A program made the translations under genes and the position numbers. The notes below the pieces were generated by a model, which was not told where the DNA came from, did no database searches, and was given only the letters and a program-made list of their open reading frames with translations. From a virus (taxonomy: Duplodnaviria; Caudoviricetes): a stretch of DNA of 51,303 nt. The stretch covers positions 1-51,303 of the IMG/VR virus record IMGVR_UViG_3300038406_000089; one strand, written 5' to 3'. Each line of letters begins with the position of its first letter. Within the stretch, counting starts at the first letter, position 1. Shown piece after piece: positions 24,482 through 34,515 of the stretch.

Positions 24482-25008
24482 TGCCGGCTATCAAAGCACT
24501 TCTCACGACAGGCGTTGCGTATCTTCGCAGCATCGGAGCTGGAGCCGGCACGGGGAGCATTATCCCCGCCGGCAAGCTCCATTCAGATGTGACGCAGGCG
24601 GCGACTGGGGCTAACACAGACCTGACGACGCTGGCAACCTATACGCTCCCGGCCAATACACTGAATCGCGATGGTATGGCAATCCGTATCCTCGCATTCG
24701 GTAAGACTGGCGAAACCGGCAACACGAAGAACTTCTTCATCACGCTTGGTGGGGATACGGTTCTCTCGCGCTCGTCATCTGGTAATAACGTCGGCTGGTG
24801 GGCAGAAGCGATCATCGTGCGCACCGGGTCGGGTACGTACGACTACACTGGCAACTCGACTTTCGGTACGTCGGCGTCGGCGGCTACTCCTGCTGCTGCG
24901 TCAGAAGACTTCACCACAGCGCTTACGATCACTGTCAAGGGACTCAACGGGACAGCGGCTGCTGGTGACTGCGTGCTCGACGGATGGGTCATCGAAGTAC
25001 TTCAGTAA
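24481..25008 (+). CDS. Probable fibre head or structural protein
   Basis: LATYTLPANTL...DG..IRI.A.G...WWAEAIIVRTGS. Confidence 0.6.
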   Translation: MPAIKALLTTGVAYLRSIGAGAGTGSIIPAGKLHSDVTQAATGANTDLTTLATYTLPANTLNRDGMAIRILAFGKTGETGNTKNFFITLGGDTVLSRSSSGNNVGWWAEAIIVRTGSGTYDYTGNSTFGTSASAATPAAASEDFTTALTITVKGLNGTAAAGDCVLDGWVIEVLQ

Positions 25009-25017
25009 GGGTGCGGC

Positions 25018-25743
25018 ATGGCAACGACTCTCGCAACGATCCGCGACAAATCTCGCAAGTCGCTGCTCGAAACGTCCGCGTCCTTCTGGAGCGAGGCTGA
25101 GCTTCTCGAACATCTGGTAGACGGCATCAAGGATCTCTGGGGTGCCGTCGTTGATCTGCATCAGGAGCACTTCGCAACCATCGACGCCACGAATGTCAGC
25201 ATGGCTGCGAGTTCGAGCACGCTCACGGGCGTGCCTGCGGACGTATTCCGCGTCCTGTTGATCGAGCCTCGTGATCTCAGCTCCAGCGGCAGCGGACGCA
25301 ACGTCCAATTCATCCCGCGCGATTACAACTCTCCAGAGTTCGCAGCCGCGCGCTCAATCAGCGCACAAGACCCCGCTGGCACGCTCTACGTGTACTATGC
25401 GGTGATCGGTGCGGGTGCGCCTACTGCGGCTCCGACGATCCAGGTTGCGCCGCAACTCTCAACCGCACTCAACCTGCGCTTGATGTATATTCCGACACTG
25501 GCGTCAACCGCATTTGACGATCCAGACACGGACAACAATCCCATCCCTGGCGAGTCCGACAATGCCTTGTTCGCATGGACAATGGCCTATGCGCGCGCCA
25601 AGGAACGCGAGGATCGCAGCCCTGACCCGAACTGGCTGGCGGTCTACGCGACCGAGAAGCAGAACGTGCTCACGCGGCTCACCCCACGGCAGGAGCAGGA
25701 GCCTGAGTACGTCAGTGGACTCTTCGATGAGTACTGGGCGTAA
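25018..25743 (+). CDS. Head-tail adaptor (tail tubular A-like)
   Basis: TLATIRDK.R..L.E....WSEAELL..L..G; P.......L.L.Y.P; IP...DNAL. Confidence 0.7.
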   Translation: MATTLATIRDKSRKSLLETSASFWSEAELLEHLVDGIKDLWGAVVDLHQEHFATIDATNVSMAASSSTLTGVPADVFRVLLIEPRDLSSSGSGRNVQFIPRDYNSPEFAAARSISAQDPAGTLYVYYAVIGAGAPTAAPTIQVAPQLSTALNLRLMYIPTLASTAFDDPDTDNNPIPGESDNALFAWTMAYARAKEREDRSPDPNWLAVYATEKQNVLTRLTPRQEQEPEYVSGLFDEYWA

Positions 25744-25746
25744 ATC

Positions 25747-25923
25747 ATGGTAGTGACCAAGACATTCTCCAACGAGACTCTCTCGACGTTGGAGTCCGAC
25801 CTGAATACGTTCCTTGCAACGCTAGATCCGAAGAACGTGCTCGACGTGATCTTCACGTTCAGTGCAACCAGCAAGTACGGGATGAACACGACGTACACGG
25901 CACTGGTTGTCTACAAGTCGTAA
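25747..25923 (+). CDS. 58-aa protein
   Basis: My translation: MVVTKTFSNETLSTLESDLNTFLATLDPKNVLDVIFTFS...YTALVVYKS; below the track cutoff. Confidence 0.65.
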   Translation: MVVTKTFSNETLSTLESDLNTFLATLDPKNVLDVIFTFSATSKYGMNTTYTALVVYKS

Positions 25924-25929
25924 GCGTCA

Positions 25930-27240
25930 ATGAAGCCAATCAACGTCTACAATCTGGGTGAAGAGGGCGTCAACGTCGATGTGGGCGACGTGCATCTGCG
26001 CGACGGCGAACTCCGCAGCGCGCAGAACGTGCAGATCGACCCCGCTGGTGGTCTGGGTGGCGTTCGGCGTCGAGACGGCATGGACCCGCTCAATGGCACT
26101 CCCCTCGCTGGCAGCGTGACGGGCGTAATCGCACTTCCGCTCCCCGACCGCTCGCAGCTCACGCGCTATTTCTACGCGCCCATCGACGGGTCGAGCAGCA
26201 ATCACTTCCGCAAGTCATCCGATGGCACGACTTGGGCGAACTCGACCGAAGGTGAAGTGCCGGCCGAGCGAGCTGACTTCGGGTCGTTCGGCACGGGCGC
26301 GCAGGAGCTGTACTCGGGTGCGCTCCGTTGGCAGGGATTCAAGAACAAGCTCTGGTATCCGGGCTCCGACTACACGAACAACTCGACCAAGCCGACGATT
26401 CACGTCTGGGATGGTGCTGCTGACTACAAGTTCGCAGACATTCCGAACAACCCGAACGCGAATGCGGTCGCTCAGGGCGTGATGAGCTTCGTGCCGTGGT
26501 CTGAGAATTTCCTGCTCGTCAGCACGTACGACGCCACGGCAAGCACCGGACGTGGTCGTATCATGCTGATGGACATCCGCACGGGCGCCTTCTCCGCGCT
26601 CGGCCCCGAGACGGATCTCCCCGGCCTGCCGATGAACATGGTCGTGTGGCAGGGACGAGTCTGGACCGGACTCGTGAATCTCGCAGGCGGCAGCGCCTCG
26701 ACCGTGCGCTGGGCTCGACCCGAGGACGCCACCTGGACGACCGATCTCACGCTACCGACGACGCTCGGTTACGTGATCGATCTTGCGGTCTTCCAGGGCA
26801 ACCTCTACATCTCCACGGCTGCGGATGTGGGCGACAGTGCTGAGATCCGCAAGCGCACGAGCGATGGTGCGTGGAGCATCCAGTATACGAGCGACGGCAC
26901 GGGCGCGAACAACTTCCTCGGCCCGTTCATCGTCAACGAAGACGATACGGAAATCTTCGCGATGCAGTCCACGGTGAGCGGTGGTGCGAAGAGTGCAACG
27001 ATCATCTCAAGCACGGATGGCACGACCTGGGCTGAGGAGTTCGACATCGATGCTGAGGTAAGCTCCTCGCACGCGAAGGCCGGTATGCCGATTCTCGATC
27101 CAGACACGGGCGACATCTACTGGCCGATCAAGTCCACTGGTGCGGGCGACGTAATCCTAAAGCGCACGGCAGCGGGCGTGTGGTCGTCCGTGGACAGCTC
27201 CGTAGACCTTCGTGGTCCGTTGGGCGTCATCCGCTTCTAA
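25930..27240 (+). CDS. Tail protein: nozzle-like N-terminus plus beta-propeller
   Basis: GVN...L.DGE..SAQNV....G.GGVRRRDG; Asp-box-like SSDGTTW and STDGTTW. Confidence 0.65.
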   Translation: MKPINVYNLGEEGVNVDVGDVHLRDGELRSAQNVQIDPAGGLGGVRRRDGMDPLNGTPLAGSVTGVIALPLPDRSQLTRYFYAPIDGSSSNHFRKSSDGTTWANSTEGEVPAERADFGSFGTGAQELYSGALRWQGFKNKLWYPGSDYTNNSTKPTIHVWDGAADYKFADIPNNPNANAVAQGVMSFVPWSENFLLVSTYDATASTGRGRIMLMDIRTGAFSALGPETDLPGLPMNMVVWQGRVWTGLVNLAGGSASTVRWARPEDATWTTDLTLPTTLGYVIDLAVFQGNLYISTAADVGDSAEIRKRTSDGAWSIQYTSDGTGANNFLGPFIVNEDDTEIFAMQSTVSGGAKSATIISSTDGTTWAEEFDIDAEVSSSHAKAGMPILDPDTGDIYWPIKSTGAGDVILKRTAAGVWSSVDSSVDLRGPLGVIRF

Positions 27241-27250
27241 GGAACCGAAC

Positions 27251-27460
27251 ATGGCACAACAGAGTGAGCGGGACAAACTCATCGAGGCTCAGCGGGATTA
27301 TGAGCGGCGCAAGAAAGGCGGCACGACTGGCGAGCAGGCGAGCCCGAGCGCACTGCTCGCAGCTCTGCGCGCGAAACAGCCTCTACGTAGTAAGAAAACA
27401 GTGAGCCCGATGGGCGCCCTGGCACCGAGCCTGAAAGCACTTCGTAGCTTCGACAAATAA
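27251..27460 (+). CDS. Small basic protein
   Basis: AAGGA RBS; contains the SLKALR motif that recurs in the ejection-type proteins. Confidence 0.55.
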   Translation: MAQQSERDKLIEAQRDYERRKKGGTTGEQASPSALLAALRAKQPLRSKKTVSPMGALAPSLKALRSFDK

Positions 27461-27462
27461 AC

Positions 27463-29067
27463 ATGGCATTCTACATCGCACTCGGCGGCACGTCGCTCTA
27501 CCGTCTCACGACGGCAGGGGCAGCGACTGCCCTGACGCTGCCTACCGGCGTGTCGGTGGTGTCTGGGCGCCGGCCGCGATTTTCGGTGGTCGGGCGTGAT
27601 GTGATCGGGACGAATGCTTTCTCGAGAAGCATCCTGATCGATCCTGACTTCAACGTCTACCCATTGCAGCTTCGCCCGCCCGCGAGCGCTCCGGTGCTCA
27701 GTTCATCTGTGTCTGGGAACCTGTCGGGTACGTTCAAGGTCAAGTACACGCACATCATCAAAGACCCGAATACCGGACGCCTCATTGCGGAGAGCGACTT
27801 CAGCCCCATCTCTGCGTCGAGCGGCGCGATCAGCAGCAAGCTCCTCAAGGCGGTCGTGGAAACGTCGCCAGACACGCAAGTCACGCATCGTCGTCTCTAC
27901 CGCACGACGACCGGACCCGGCACGACCTACTTCCCGTGGTTCGACATCGACGGCAATACGCTGACCAGCGGTTCCGACGACATGAGCGATGCGGCGTTGC
28001 AGCTTGTCGCCGCGCCGACGACGCTCGGCTCCGCACCTGGAATGGTGCCCGGCACGTTCATGCCCTTGTGCGTGGAGTGGAAGGGACGGCTCTGGGGCGT
28101 TGGTGATGTCGATCCCGACGTGCTGCGGCACACCGATTTGGAGAAGCCCTACGCGTGGAAGTCGAGCTTCGAGTTCCGCATTCCGCCTATCGGCTTCGAC
28201 CAGTATGGTGTGACGGCACTCATCCCGCGCCGTGACGAGCTTGGTGTGTTCAAGCGTAACTTCATGCACAAGATCGTGGGCAACACCAATGCCACGTTCG
28301 AGCGCATCCAGGTACAGAACGGCAAGGGATGCTACGCTCCCGAGTCTGCCATCGTGATTGATGACATCGCATACTACCTTGGCGAAGACGGCGTCTACAC
28401 GTGGGGGCCGGAAGGGATCACGCCGATCTCTAACGGGCGCGTGCGTAAGTGGTTCACGACCGACACGTACTTCAACCGCTCGCAGTTTCCGAATGCGTTC
28501 GCGAAGTACAATGCGAAGTACCACGGCTACGAGCTGCATCTTGCTGCAGCGGGCTCCTCGAACATCGACCGCTGGGTGTTCTACGATATCGAGCGTGGGA
28601 AGTGGTGGGGTCCGCACCTGACTGCGGCGTTCACGCCCACGTCGGCGCTCGGGTTCTTTATCGACACGAACTCGCTGACTGTCCCCATTGTAGGCGGCAG
28701 CGATGGCGTGATCTATCTCGGGAATAGGACGACCTTCAACGACGACGGGAGCGCGATTTCGATCAGCGCAGAGACAGCTCGACACAGCGCAGACACGCCC
28801 GACATCAAGAAGCTCTTCCACGGACCTAGCTTCATCTTCAAGAAGCAGTCGGCGGCTGGAAACCTTAGCGTGGCGTGCAAGGTTGGCGCACTCGATGCTT
28901 CAACGACACGGACTCTCTCGGTAACGCAGACGAAGCCGAATCGCGAGCGCTTCTCCCCGCTCGGCGAGGGCGAGTACGTGGGCTTCGTATTCACCGAGTC
29001 TACACTCAATCAGGGTTGCGAGCTTCACGGCTACGAACTGATGACACACGAGCTGGGACGCCGCTAA
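27463..29067 (+). CDS. Tail nozzle / tubular-B-like (stabilisation) protein
   Basis: WKGRLW, VTALI...LGVFK, GCYAPES...YYLGEDGVY.W...PIS, WVFYD...WW, TPDIKK. Confidence 0.7.
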   Translation: MAFYIALGGTSLYRLTTAGAATALTLPTGVSVVSGRRPRFSVVGRDVIGTNAFSRSILIDPDFNVYPLQLRPPASAPVLSSSVSGNLSGTFKVKYTHIIKDPNTGRLIAESDFSPISASSGAISSKLLKAVVETSPDTQVTHRRLYRTTTGPGTTYFPWFDIDGNTLTSGSDDMSDAALQLVAAPTTLGSAPGMVPGTFMPLCVEWKGRLWGVGDVDPDVLRHTDLEKPYAWKSSFEFRIPPIGFDQYGVTALIPRRDELGVFKRNFMHKIVGNTNATFERIQVQNGKGCYAPESAIVIDDIAYYLGEDGVYTWGPEGITPISNGRVRKWFTTDTYFNRSQFPNAFAKYNAKYHGYELHLAAAGSSNIDRWVFYDIERGKWWGPHLTAAFTPTSALGFFIDTNSLTVPIVGGSDGVIYLGNRTTFNDDGSAISISAETARHSADTPDIKKLFHGPSFIFKKQSAAGNLSVACKVGALDASTTRTLSVTQTKPNRERFSPLGEGEYVGFVFTESTLNQGCELHGYELMTHELGRR

Positions 29068-29939
29068 TGAACATCGGTGCAATCGCTCGCTGGAAGCAGA
29101 ACGACATCCTGCGTCCAGATCCCGAGCAGCTCAATCAGAACTTTGACCGCATGCGCGGCGATATCGTGCGCATGGCCGATGCGTTGAATGCCTACAAGAT
29201 CGACCTGTCTAGCTCCGATGACGTGACAGGCAATCTCCCTGTTGGTAATCTCGCGGACGGCAGCGGAGCGAGCGCGACGACGTTCTGGCGCGGAGACGGA
29301 TCGTGGGCCGAGCCCGATGGTGGGGCTCCGACGTTCGGTGAGCGTCGGTGGGGCGCGACTGCGGCAACCGGCACGACACTGGCGGGTATAGGATTCGCGG
29401 CGCCTACCGAGTCTGGAGCCGGCGCGTCGGCGTTGGATGCTGTGTCGGCGTGGCGTCCCTACACGTCCGGTGCGGCTGCTGGCAACAGCACCGGCAATAC
29501 AGGTGCGGCGTTCACACGTACGGCGCACGAGCCTACGTGGGAAATGTACATGGAGACGGGCTCGGACATTACCGGCGTGCGGTACTGGATGGGTCTGTCG
29601 TCTGCGGCTCAGACGAACGTGGACACTCACGGAGGTAGCTGTGTCAGCTTCCGCTACTCGACGGTGGCTGGCGACGGCGGATGGATCGGAGTGGCACGCG
29701 ACGGGAGTACTCAGGAAGTAACTGGCACGGTAGCGGCGATTGCGCTGAGCACTGCATATCGTCTGAAGATTCGTGTGGTTGCTGGGGTTGCTTACTTCTC
29801 GGTCGATGGCGGGACCGAGCTAAGTCTCTCAACGAATCTCCCTGGCGCGACGAACTTGCTGGTATCGAATCTCATATTCACAACGGCTGGTGGTGCTCGA
29901 AGCTGGCGTATGTCGAGATACTACATCGAGTCGAACTAA
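29067..29939 (+). CDS. Tail fibre or spike protein
   Basis: VTGNLPV.NL..G.GASATTFWRGDGSWA fibre motif; lectin-like C-domain. Confidence 0.7.
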   Translation: MNIGAIARWKQNDILRPDPEQLNQNFDRMRGDIVRMADALNAYKIDLSSSDDVTGNLPVGNLADGSGASATTFWRGDGSWAEPDGGAPTFGERRWGATAATGTTLAGIGFAAPTESGAGASALDAVSAWRPYTSGAAAGNSTGNTGAAFTRTAHEPTWEMYMETGSDITGVRYWMGLSSAAQTNVDTHGGSCVSFRYSTVAGDGGWIGVARDGSTQEVTGTVAAIALSTAYRLKIRVVAGVAYFSVDGGTELSLSTNLPGATNLLVSNLIFTTAGGARSWRMSRYYIESN

Positions 29940-29989
29940 GCTAGTTATAAGGCGCAAAATACGCTACAATAGATAGCGAAGGAACTCTC

Positions 29990-30607
29990 ATGGCCTACGA
30001 TCCCCGCTTCCCCAACATGCCGAACCCTCCGGTGTACAGCCCCGGAGCTGCCGCGTCCGTCACGCCTACGTCTCAGGCTGGATTGAAAGCTGTCGGCGGG
30101 CGCCGCCGCGTGACGCAGACAGGCACCGAGTATGACACGGAGTTCGGGCTCGGTCTTGAGGAAGAGCTGAGACTGCGCGAGCAGGCGAATACTGCTGCCC
30201 AGCAGCGCAACCTCGCAGCGCTCCGTGGTCTGTCTACAGGTACTGGTGCGCCCCGTACGACGGGCTCGCAGATTCCGTTCGATGAGGAAGCGGCGCGCAA
30301 TGCGGCGTTCGCTCGTGCGAAAGATCGTGCTGGGCAAACAGCCCGTGCGAGTCTCAACTCGCTCAGGGAGATGCTGGGACCGGGCGGGCTTGGCGGCGCG
30401 CGCGAATCGCAGCGCACGGCTGAAGTGCTTGGCGGCGCGGCCGGCGATATCGGCGAGTTCGAGCGCGAGCAGCTCATTCAGGATCTGGGACGTGCCGGCG
30501 AGATCGGTAATAGAGAGCGCGCGGCTGGTCTAACCGAGCGTGGGCAGGATCTGGATGCGCAGCGCGCGCTGTTCAGTCTGTTCAATCTCACAGGCGGGAT
30601 CTACTAA
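29990..30607 (+). CDS. Putative internal/ejection protein
   Basis: Ala/Gly/Arg/Gln-rich helical sequence; TERGQD motif; follows the tail genes. Confidence 0.6.
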   Translation: MAYDPRFPNMPNPPVYSPGAAASVTPTSQAGLKAVGGRRRVTQTGTEYDTEFGLGLEEELRLREQANTAAQQRNLAALRGLSTGTGAPRTTGSQIPFDEEAARNAAFARAKDRAGQTARASLNSLREMLGPGGLGGARESQRTAEVLGGAAGDIGEFEREQLIQDLGRAGEIGNRERAAGLTERGQDLDAQRALFSLFNLTGGIY

Positions 30608-30608
30608 C

Positions 30609-30980
30609 ATGGCCTTTGGTGTTGGCGTTCGCGCATACGACCCGAGCGCGCCGTTTGGTCGCCAAGGTCAACCACAGCCGATCTTCAAAGCAACGAAGAA
30701 GGCGACTGGCGGATCTTCTCGTCCCGCGCCTGCTCCGGTGTCGAGGCCGACTGCCCCGGTAGCGCCGGCTGCAACCGTTCCAGAACCGACAACGACAGCC
30801 GTGCCGATGCCGCCTGCTCCCGATACCGGCGATGCCACTCCCTCGATGCAGGCGCTTCGCGGGCCAATTGGCGGCGGGGGTGAAGCCTTCGGACCAGGAG
30901 CTGCCGTGCAGCTTCGTCGTGGGATTGGCTACCGTACGCCGCCGAGTCTCGCGGCGTTGCTCTCCGGGCTGAGGTACTAA
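30609..30980 (+). CDS. Pro-rich putative internal protein
   Basis: MAFGVGVRAYDP...; tightly tiled. Confidence 0.55.
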   Translation: MAFGVGVRAYDPSAPFGRQGQPQPIFKATKKATGGSSRPAPAPVSRPTAPVAPAATVPEPTTTAVPMPPAPDTGDATPSMQALRGPIGGGGEAFGPGAAVQLRRGIGYRTPPSLAALLSGLRY

Positions 30981-31342
30981 TGGCTTTCTCACCAGCAAAC
31001 CAGTCGCACTTCGCGAACCGGCGCCGGCAGCTTCAGGATCTGTACTGGCTGCGGCAGCTCAGCACAGGCTTCCGTCCAGACCCCGGAGGGCTGCACGGGC
31101 TCACGCGCCTTCGCGAGCAGGAGAAGTTCAAGCAGGGTGGCGGGATGTTCGGCCCTATCGGTCCTGGGACGCTCGCACCTGTCTTCGAGGCAACCGAGGC
31201 GATGAACCCCGGCGCGGATATCGAGATCGCGGGCGGGCGCGGACAAGATCCAACGTCGCGTCAATTTCGTGGCGACCTATCGCCCTCCATCGTAGCGTTG
31301 CGACGGACATCGCGGCAGCGGCAACTTCAAGGGGAACGGTAA
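30980..31342 (+). CDS. Putative internal protein
   Basis: TAATG coupling; SIVALRR. Confidence 0.55.
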   Translation: MAFSPANQSHFANRRRQLQDLYWLRQLSTGFRPDPGGLHGLTRLREQEKFKQGGGMFGPIGPGTLAPVFEATEAMNPGADIEIAGGRGQDPTSRQFRGDLSPSIVALRRTSRQRQLQGER

Positions 31343-32100
31343 TGGCGAACGGACTCGAAACACTTCTCCGTCTCAGACAGCAGCCCGGTAGTGCTGGTCA
31401 GATTCCTGCTGCCGCTTCAGAAGAGGGACAGCTCGGGGAGATGATTCCCGAGGAAGAGCTATTCAGCGCGCAGGATGCCTACGCACAGGCAGGCCGCGAG
31501 TCTGGAGTTCCATTCGCGGTACCCTCGCGCGAGGCGCTTCGCGGCTCAGGTGTGTCTGCGCTCCGTCGCATGTTCTCGCAGACTGCGGCCGAGGGCGAAG
31601 CGGCTGCACGCCCGCAACAGGTTGCCGGCATGTTCGGTCTGGAGCGCGAGCGTATCGCGCAGCGTGGCGGCATCGAGCGCGCGGCGCTAGAGGAGGCGGC
31701 GGCGGCATCTCGTGCCGAGCTTGGGCATTCGCGCAATCTGGAGCGGCAGCGTGAGCTTCAGGAAGCAATCACCGGGCGCACGAGGGAGACGCAAGAGTCT
31801 ATCGGTGAGCGCGCCTCTGGAACGCAGGCCGGGCTTGCCTCGCGTCAGCGGCTCAACGATCTTATGGTGCAGCGTCGAGCGCTCATGACACAGCAGCAGC
31901 GTCAGGGACCGGGATTCTTCGACCGTCTACGTGGACGCGACCCGCTACAGGACCAGATCAATGAGATTTCGATGCAGATCGATCAGCTCTCGTCTGGTGG
32001 CGGCGGCGTCGATGTTGGTGGCGGCGACGAGGATGTGGTCGAGCTGGATCTGACGCCTGAGCAGCTCGCGAATCTCCAGTCGATGCTTGGTGGACAGTAA
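31342..32100 (+). CDS. Putative ejection protein
   Basis: Gln/Glu/Arg coiled coil; TAATG coupling. Confidence 0.6.
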   Translation: MANGLETLLRLRQQPGSAGQIPAAASEEGQLGEMIPEEELFSAQDAYAQAGRESGVPFAVPSREALRGSGVSALRRMFSQTAAEGEAAARPQQVAGMFGLERERIAQRGGIERAALEEAAAASRAELGHSRNLERQRELQEAITGRTRETQESIGERASGTQAGLASRQRLNDLMVQRRALMTQQQRQGPGFFDRLRGRDPLQDQINEISMQIDQLSSGGGGVDVGGGDEDVVELDLTPEQLANLQSMLGGQ

Positions 32101-33065
32101 TGGCAAACGGAATCCCGCGCTACACAAACGCCGACGCAGCTCGCTATCTGCCCGGCCGCACGTCTGAAGATATCGTCAAGCCGATCATCCCCGAGGAGGA
32201 GCTGACCGGCCCCATCGATATCGATTCCGAACCCGAACCGAGTGTCGAGGCGCTTCTCGACGCAGCGCGCGGACAGCTATCCCGCGCCAACGAGTTCTCG
32301 ACGTATTACGATACCGAGCGACTCGCACGACTTCCTGCGTCCCTCGAAGCGCTTCAGGCGGCGAACGTCCCGCCCGGTTTCCGCGACGTACTGCGCGCCG
32401 GACAGGCGATGGGACGTGGACTCCAGACTGCCTCGCTGCCGCTCTCGTTCACGCCGGCTGCTCCTATCGGCGCGGCTGGCCTTGCGGCCGGTAGTGCCCT
32501 GGCGCTGCCCGAAGACATCCGGCAGATCATCGCCCCTGACGAGGATGAGTCGCGTCTGGGTGGTGCCATCGAGACAGCTTTCGACGTGGCGGGTGTCGGC
32601 CCTGCTGCTCGGGCGTTGCGATCTGCTGCGGGTGCGCGCGCTGCTCGTCCGACGATGCGTGTCGGCAAGGGTCGCGCTGAGATTCCGTTTGCTTCCCGTC
32701 AGCGCGCGACCGATCCGAATCAGGCGCTCGCGGTAGCGCGTGAGGTTGCCGAGGAAACTGGACAGCCAGTCGAAGCAGTGCTCGCAGGATCGCGCAAGAG
32801 CGGTCGAGAGGCTGGATTCACGCAGCAGTCCACTGCCGCGCTTCGTCGTTTGGCCGGCTCTGGCCCGAGAGCAACTCGCGCGCGCGTAGGGCAGCAGGTT
32901 GGTTTGGGCGCGCGAGCATCTGAGGAGATTGATCCGCGTCTGTTCCGTGGTGAGCGTACTATTCCTGGTGACAGACCGGAGCTTGAGGCGGCTTTCGGAA
33001 CGCCAGATGAAGCAATCACTGCGTTGGGTGCTCCTGCTTTGTGGCGACGATTTCTCGGACGGTAA
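32100..33065 (+). CDS. Putative ejection protein
   Basis: Gly/Ala hydrophobic stretch PIGAAGLAAGSALAL; TAATG coupling. Confidence 0.6.
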   Translation: MANGIPRYTNADAARYLPGRTSEDIVKPIIPEEELTGPIDIDSEPEPSVEALLDAARGQLSRANEFSTYYDTERLARLPASLEALQAANVPPGFRDVLRAGQAMGRGLQTASLPLSFTPAAPIGAAGLAAGSALALPEDIRQIIAPDEDESRLGGAIETAFDVAGVGPAARALRSAAGARAARPTMRVGKGRAEIPFASRQRATDPNQALAVAREVAEETGQPVEAVLAGSRKSGREAGFTQQSTAALRRLAGSGPRATRARVGQQVGLGARASEEIDPRLFRGERTIPGDRPELEAAFGTPDEAITALGAPALWRRFLGR

Positions 33066-33071
33066 GTAGCG

Positions 33072-33992
33072 ATGCCTAGAGTTCGCATTCGCATTCGTGG
33101 TGGCGCTCCTAGCGCTCCCGCCACTACCGCGCCTGATACCCTCACGGAAGCTCCCGAGCTGGGACCGCTTCTGCTCGGCGGAGCTGCGCTCGCGGGCGCT
33201 GGTGTGCTTGCGCGCCGGCCTGGGATGATCGGTAAGGGTTTCAGCGCGCTCAATTCCCTGCGTCAGCAATTGATGCTGTCTGGACTCGCGGTGCCGAAGT
33301 CGCTGCTTGGCAACGTCGGTGCGGGTGTGATTGCGTCGGCCGAGCGCCGGTCGCTCGCGCCCATCCGTGAAGTGCTCTCCCCGGCTACACTACGCGAGTT
33401 CATCAAGACGTACAAGGCGAACGTCCCGTATCCTGGCGCGACCCGCGTTCCTGGCCCGACGCCCGGTCGCGTCATGGGCGCGGCCGACGTTGCGACTCGA
33501 CAGGCACTTCAGCGCGCTGGATTGACCGAAGCTGAGGCTGCTGGAGAAGTCCTTCAGACGCCGCTCGGCGGTCAGCTCGGAGAAGCACTCGACAGCCCGG
33601 CTGCGCGCTATCTGATTCCGTTTCGTCGTACGCCCTTCAATCAGTTTCTCGAAGGGCTCAAGACGCTGAGCAAGGAGAACATTCGCAAGAACCCTGCATT
33701 GCTCGCTGCGGTCGGTAGCGCGGGCGCCGCACACGGCGCTGCCACGTCCGAGGAGCGCTATCCTCTGACGCTGGGGCTTGGCACAGCCGCGTCTGCTCGC
33801 TATGGTCTGCCGTATGCTCTCGGCGCCATCGCTGGACGACATCTTGCCGGTGGGCGCACCGGAGGCTCAATCGCGGGGACGATGCTGCCTGTGTCTGAGT
33901 TCGGTATCGAGACTGGCATCACGGACCCACTTAGACCGTTTACGGACCCGGCAGCGCTCGTAGCATTGCGCCGGCTTTCTGGAGGGCGCTAA
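33072..33992 (+). CDS. Putative ejection protein
   Basis: Gly/Ala-rich helices; LIPFRRTPFN motif of the kind seen in podovirus internal proteins. Confidence 0.6.
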   Translation: MPRVRIRIRGGAPSAPATTAPDTLTEAPELGPLLLGGAALAGAGVLARRPGMIGKGFSALNSLRQQLMLSGLAVPKSLLGNVGAGVIASAERRSLAPIREVLSPATLREFIKTYKANVPYPGATRVPGPTPGRVMGAADVATRQALQRAGLTEAEAAGEVLQTPLGGQLGEALDSPAARYLIPFRRTPFNQFLEGLKTLSKENIRKNPALLAAVGSAGAAHGAATSEERYPLTLGLGTAASARYGLPYALGAIAGRHLAGGRTGGSIAGTMLPVSEFGIETGITDPLRPFTDPAALVALRRLSGGR

Positions 33993-34213
33993 TGCCTGAG
34001 TACCTCACGACAGACGAGTTCACGCGATGGGCGGAATCATTCGACCGAAAGCTGAACGAGATCACGGATATTCGCAAGGACACGATCCAGAACACAATCG
34101 ATGTCGGGATTGTGAAGGCTTCCTGCGCGCGGTCGAAAAGTGTCAACGGTACCATCTCGGCTATCGTCGCCGGCATCACCAGTGCTCTCGTGACGTTCGG
34201 AGCCAGCCGCTAA
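33992..34213 (+). CDS. Holin-like or membrane-anchored lysis protein
   Basis: Coiled coil plus C-terminal hydrophobic helix; directly upstream of the endolysin candidate. Confidence 0.5.
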   Translation: MPEYLTTDEFTRWAESFDRKLNEITDIRKDTIQNTIDVGIVKASCARSKSVNGTISAIVAGITSALVTFGASR

Positions 34214-34515
34214 TGTCGTATCTAAAATTCAAGGCCGGCGTCATCATCCCGAAGTCAGCGATCCTCGCCGCCGCTGCGCACAACGCGCGCCTTCAGCTCG
34301 GGTTGAAGGGCGATACGTTCGTTACGAGCGCGAACGACAGCATCCACATGCGCGGCTCGAAACACTACACCGACGAGGCGGTCGATCTTCGCATTCACGG
34401 GCTCGATGCCGACGAGATCAAGGCATGGGCCGCAGCGATCAAGAAGCGACTCGGGCGCGACTATGATATCGTGATCGAGAAGGACCACATTCACGCGGAG
34501 TTCGACCCCAAATGA
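34213..34515 (+). CDS. Peptidase M15-type endolysin
   Basis: VTSANDSIHMRGSKHYTDEAVDLR...EKDHIHAEFDPK. Confidence 0.8.
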   Translation: MSYLKFKAGVIIPKSAILAAAAHNARLQLGLKGDTFVTSANDSIHMRGSKHYTDEAVDLRIHGLDADEIKAWAAAIKKRLGRDYDIVIEKDHIHAEFDPK

